DNA of 64,000 bases from positions 192,001-256,000 of the forward strand of contig CAVVUS010000011.1 of assembly GCA_963751345.1 (NCBI GenBank), given 5' to 3'. Made by a program: the position numbers and the translations under genes. The notes beneath the pieces are model-generated. The model was not told the DNA's origin. It did no database searches and saw nothing but the letters and a program-made list of their open reading frames with translations. This document shows, in pieces, positions 62,715-64,000 of the stretch. This DNA comes from an uncultured Chloroflexia bacterium (GTDB lineage Bacteria > Chloroflexota > Anaerolineae > B4-G1 > SLSP01). Each line of letters begins with the position of its first letter. The stretch's first letter is position 1.

Positions 62715-62801
62715 AGCGGCAACCCCTGTGCCCGTTGAGCGGCCTCCCGTACCCTGTCTCGAGGCTTGGCTGAAAACGTCGGATAGCTCTTGTCTGACGT
62801 G

Positions 62802-62893
62802 ATTATACATGTGTGGGAGGGCGCATCAAGGGCGCAGAAGTCTCTCGGCTTGGCACTGCCGGCCCGCCACCAAATGCTCTTCCTTGATGCGCC
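62802..62893 (-). promoter_or_regulatory. hicBA promoter overlapped by an inverted repeat
   Basis: TTGATG-N16-TATAAT (62829-62802); GGCGCATCAAGG...CCTTGATGCGCC inverted repeat. Confidence 0.5.
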
Positions 62894-62949
62894 GGTTTTC
62901 CCTACTGACTTACGTGCGGATTGGGTCCAGGATCACTCCCTCCGCCCGG

Positions 62950-64000
62950 CTACCAGTCGGCCACACTGCCGTCCGAGGGATAGAAGAACTCGCCACCGAG
63001 CTCCTCCGTATACTCGACGCTGTGCTGGACAGCGTCTTCGTCGATCTCAAAGCCGAGGCCGGGCTTGGTGGGCAGCTCGATGAAGCCATCCTTGACCTGC
63101 CAGTCCTCCTGCAACAGGCCATCGCCCAGACAGGCATCGACCTGTTCCTGGATCAGGAAGTTGGGCACCACGGCATCGACCTGCATACAGGCTGCGAAGG
63201 CCACTGGGCCGATGGCGCAGTGAGGCATGATGTGCATATAGTAGACCTCGGCCATATTCGCGACCTTCTTGAGTTCACTGATCCCACCGACGTGCGAGCC
63301 ATCCGGCTGAATCAGCGAGACCGCGTGCTTCTCGAAGATCTCGCGGAATCCCCAACGGGTCAGCAGACGCTCACCTGTCGCGATGGGGAAGGAGACGTGA
63401 TCGGAGACAAGCTTCATCGCGTCGACGTTCTCCTGGGGCACCGGCTCCTCGACAAACATCGGGCGCATGCCCTTGAGCTCGTTGCAGACCTCGATGGCCA
63501 ATCCGGGCGTCATCTTGCCGTGGAAGTCGAAGCAGAGCTCCACATCCGGCCCGACCCATTCGCGCATCAGATAGGCACGTCTGACAAAGTCGTCGATGGC
63601 AGCAGGCGGTTCGTGGGCGCGCCAGAAGCCACCGGGCCCTCCTTTGTAGGCGGTATATCCCATCGTCTGGAGCCGCTCCAGTCGTTCGCGCGACCGGGCC
63701 AGCCCCTCAGCACTCAGGTCGTGGATGCCCCAATGAGCGTAGACGCGGATCCGGTCGCGCACTTGCCCGCCCATCAGACGGTACGAAGGGACGCCGTAGG
63801 CCTTGCCCGCGATGTCCCACAATGCCTGGTCGATGCCGGAGAGCGCCGACATGACGACGGGGCCCCCGCGGAAGAACGATGAGCGGTAGATGTGCTGCCA
63901 GTGGTGCTCAATGCGGAGGGGATCTTTGCCGACGAGATAGGTTGCCATTTCGTCGACGGCGGCACACGTGCTGGCGGGACGCCCCTCCAGGGTGGTCTCG
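62950..64000 (-). CDS. dgoD: Enolase-superfamily sugar-acid dehydratase (DgoD/galactonate dehydratase-like); 5' end outside the window
   Basis: SALSGIDQALWDI, DFHG, FVEEP, ATGER, QPD, PH, PGLG. Confidence 0.8.
   Translation of the reverse strand, partial: ETTLEGRPASTCAAVDEMATYLVGKDPLRIEHHWQHIYRSSFFRGGPVVMSALSGIDQALWDIAGKAYGVPSYRLMGGQVRDRIRVYAHWGIHDLSAEGLARSRERLERLQTMGYTAYKGGPGGFWRAHEPPAAIDDFVRRAYLMREWVGPDVELCFDFHGKMTPGLAIEVCNELKGMRPMFVEEPVPQENVDAMKLVSDHVSFPIATGERLLTRWGFREIFEKHAVSLIQPDGSHVGGISELKKVANMAEVYYMHIMPHCAIGPVAFAACMQVDAVVPNFLIQEQVDACLGDGLLQEDWQVKDGFIELPTKPGLGFEIDEDAVQHSVEYTEELGGEFFYPSDGSVADW

Noticed and set aside
62100-62950. Mobile element or genomic island boundary around hicBA
   Set aside because: No integrase, transposase, tRNA or target-site duplication seen

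Overview
High-GC bacterial chromosome segment, most likely Chloroflexota (Anaerolineae-like). This is inferred from the DUF2723 protein with C-terminal Ig-like domains, TopA with an N-terminal DUF5679-type zinc ribbon, a PBP1A with Ig tails and moxR-DUF58-DUF4129. The left two thirds are housekeeping and envelope genes: a zinc-ribbon/cold-shock fusion, mreBCD-mrdA followed by a DUF2723 glycosyltransferase, two heterodimeric ABC exporters, an NMT1/THI5-type importer, a P-type ATPase, PBP1A with an atypical response regulator, ffh-rpsP-khpA-rimM-dprA-manC-topA, and cvpA-mutS2. A minus-strand run follows: nitroreductase, methyltransferase-nucleotidyltransferase fusion, P-loop kinase, SprT/M48-like protease, family-5 UDG and FmdB. 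The last 15 kb is a minus-strand glycan and sugar-acid catabolic locus containing a GH39 that closely resembles animal alpha-L-iduronidase, interrupted by a damaged hicBA pair. At least 12 genes carry single-base frameshifts, including rpsP and rimM, which points to long-read indel errors rather than real pseudogenes. No rRNA, tRNA, CRISPR array, integrase or transposase was seen. All family assignments come from motif recognition by eye, not database searches.
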